Source of the DNA: Selaginella moellendorffii
Taxonomy: Eukaryota > Plantae > Lycopodiophyta
Assembly (NCBI RefSeq): GCF_000143415.4
Contig: NW_003314321.1
Coordinates: forward strand, 940,236 to 1,004,235
Length of the DNA: 64,000 nucleotides
Reading direction: 5' to 3'
The notes beneath the pieces were generated by a model, which ran no database searches, was not told where the DNA came from, and saw only the letters and a program-made list of their open reading frames with translations. Numbering within the stretch: the stretch's first letter is position 1; the number at the start of each line of letters is the position of its first letter. Shown piece after piece: positions 62,479-64,000 of this stretch. The translations under genes and the position numbers were made by a program.

Positions 62479-63243
62479 TTGTTATCTCGTTCGTTTGCTT
62501 TCACGTCGCGCTCTACGCCTTCCTCTCCTGCCGCGGAGGTGAAAGTCAATCTCCTCTACAAGAAGTCCGATCGCACTGTTCCCTTCCTCGAGGCAAAGAA
62601 AGACTTCGTTGATCTCCTCATGAGCTTTCTCGTGCTTCCGGTGGGGTCTGTGATCAGGCTCCTGCGAGCGGGCAACACTGTGGATACCGGTGTGAATAGC
62701 GCCATGGTGGGCGGTGCTGCGAAGCTGTTTGAGACCATCGAGAAGATGGATCAGTCGAGCATGGAAGTTAGCAAGACCGTTCTCACCGACCCGGTGACGG
62801 ATGCTTCCGCGTTTCGGGGAGGAAAGATTCTTACCTTAGAAGGGCCGGATTCCACTGCTCCGGTCTACAAGTGTGGGCGTCAAAACTGCTGCAATTTCAG
62901 CGCTGGCAGTACACACTTCTCATGCCATCCTGATTATTCTCATCAAGTGCTGAAGATAGGAAAATCCCCTCAAACTACTGGCTACGTCAAGGACAATGTG
63001 ATCTTCATGATCACTGACGAGCTCGAAGTCTACCCGACTTCCACGATCAAGAGCATCGTCCTGCTCAACACGCTCAAGGTGAAAACTATGGAGGTCAGCG
63101 TGGGCGTTAACGAGGTAAATTCTCAGTTTCTTCTTTTTGTTCTTCCATACTTCCCTGCTCAAGGCGTCACTGGTTTCAAAGACTGTGCTCAACGACGTCT
63201 TCAAACCTTACGTACAGCGATCTTATTTTACTTCCTAGAATAA
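62479..63243 (+). pseudogene. DUF674 family gene, probably disabled
   Basis: EAKKDFVDLLMSFLVLPVGSVIRLL and GYVKDNVIFMITDELEV; the last exon LLKASLVSKTVLNDVF is in another frame. There is no in-frame ATG before the domain and the last intron has no AG acceptor. Confidence 0.75.
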
Positions 63244-64000
63244 TCATGCCATGGTTTTGAAATCTTGTTCTTCTTCTTAGTTCGGGAAGGCATTCAACAC
63301 TAAAAGAGAAAATCATGACAAGTTTGTGAGAGAAAACCATGGGACATTCCCCATGTTTTCACTATTCATACTCTCAATTTCTTGTCCAAACTTGCAGAGG
63401 AATGGGTGCTCCATCCTGGGCATGCGCTGCTGGAGATTCCAGAAGACGATCTTGGATATTTTTTCCTGGAGTTTAGGCAATATGCTTTAGTTTCCGCTGG
63501 CTTCTTTTGACGGCATTCTGGCATTGAAGACTTCTTCGCTTCTCCTTTCTTGAGTTCTAAAATTTGTTGCTCAACATTTTTTTCTCTGATAGGAAATTTC
63601 CAGGTTGGAAGCACTTGGCAATGCAACTTCCAAGTCAGATCAACTAAGCAACAGAGTAGTTGGTAATCAATTCCAATGTTTCTTTTCTTGTGTTTGCACA
63701 TAATTTTATATTTATTTTACAGTGAAATATCACTACTCAAAATAGAAAAGATAAAAATATCTAAAAATTTGCTATTTCATTTTGTAATTTAATTACAAAC
63801 TACTCTAAGTGATAAGATATAAATAGATTATCTTAGCTACTGATACAAGTTACGAGAATTTGGGGAATTTTCAATTTTCAGCTCCAAGCTTTCAAGGACT
63901 CAAATCAAAGTTTACTAACCTATTGGATGTTGTTTAAGCAGGTTAATAAATTATAAGCATGTATATATTTATAAACAGAGGATTAATATAAATATATTTA

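Noticed and set aside
63366-63701. 111-aa minus-strand ORF
   Set aside because: No recognisable motif, non-ATG start, and it lies at the AT-rich window edge.

Overview
Plant nuclear DNA, most likely a lycophyte such as Selaginella. This is inferred from the ~50-65-nt introns, very compact genes, PLS-class PPR fragments and Sanger-type gap. Bases 1-39,500 are a nested LTR-retrotransposon block. It holds a decayed chromovirus pol, two copies of a short-LTR non-chromovirus Ty3/gypsy element, a TRIM and an 8.5-kb non-coding LTR element inserted into one of those copies, several solo or partial LTRs, PPR fragments and an AT-rich lectin ORF. Bases 40,000-63,300 are gene-dense: GALT-like ADP-glucose phosphorylase, GH3 beta-glucosidase, ankyrin/RCC1 protein, a coiled-coil protein, RimM fusion, BTB protein, tRNA-Gln, RIN4/NOI, an STN7/STN8-family kinase, tRNA-Ala and a DUF674 probable pseudogene. 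Four observations stand out. (1) Two GT-AG spliceosomal-type introns lie inside the chromovirus integrase, and one separates the catalytic DDE glutamate from the rest of the domain. (2) A DUF1853-like nuclease gene relic is present in only one LTR of an element. (3) A gypsy family carries a textbook -1 frameshift heptamer plus pseudoknot. (4) An intact, very AT-rich, intronless bulb-lectin gene sits among decayed repeats. All calls were made by eye; no searches were run.
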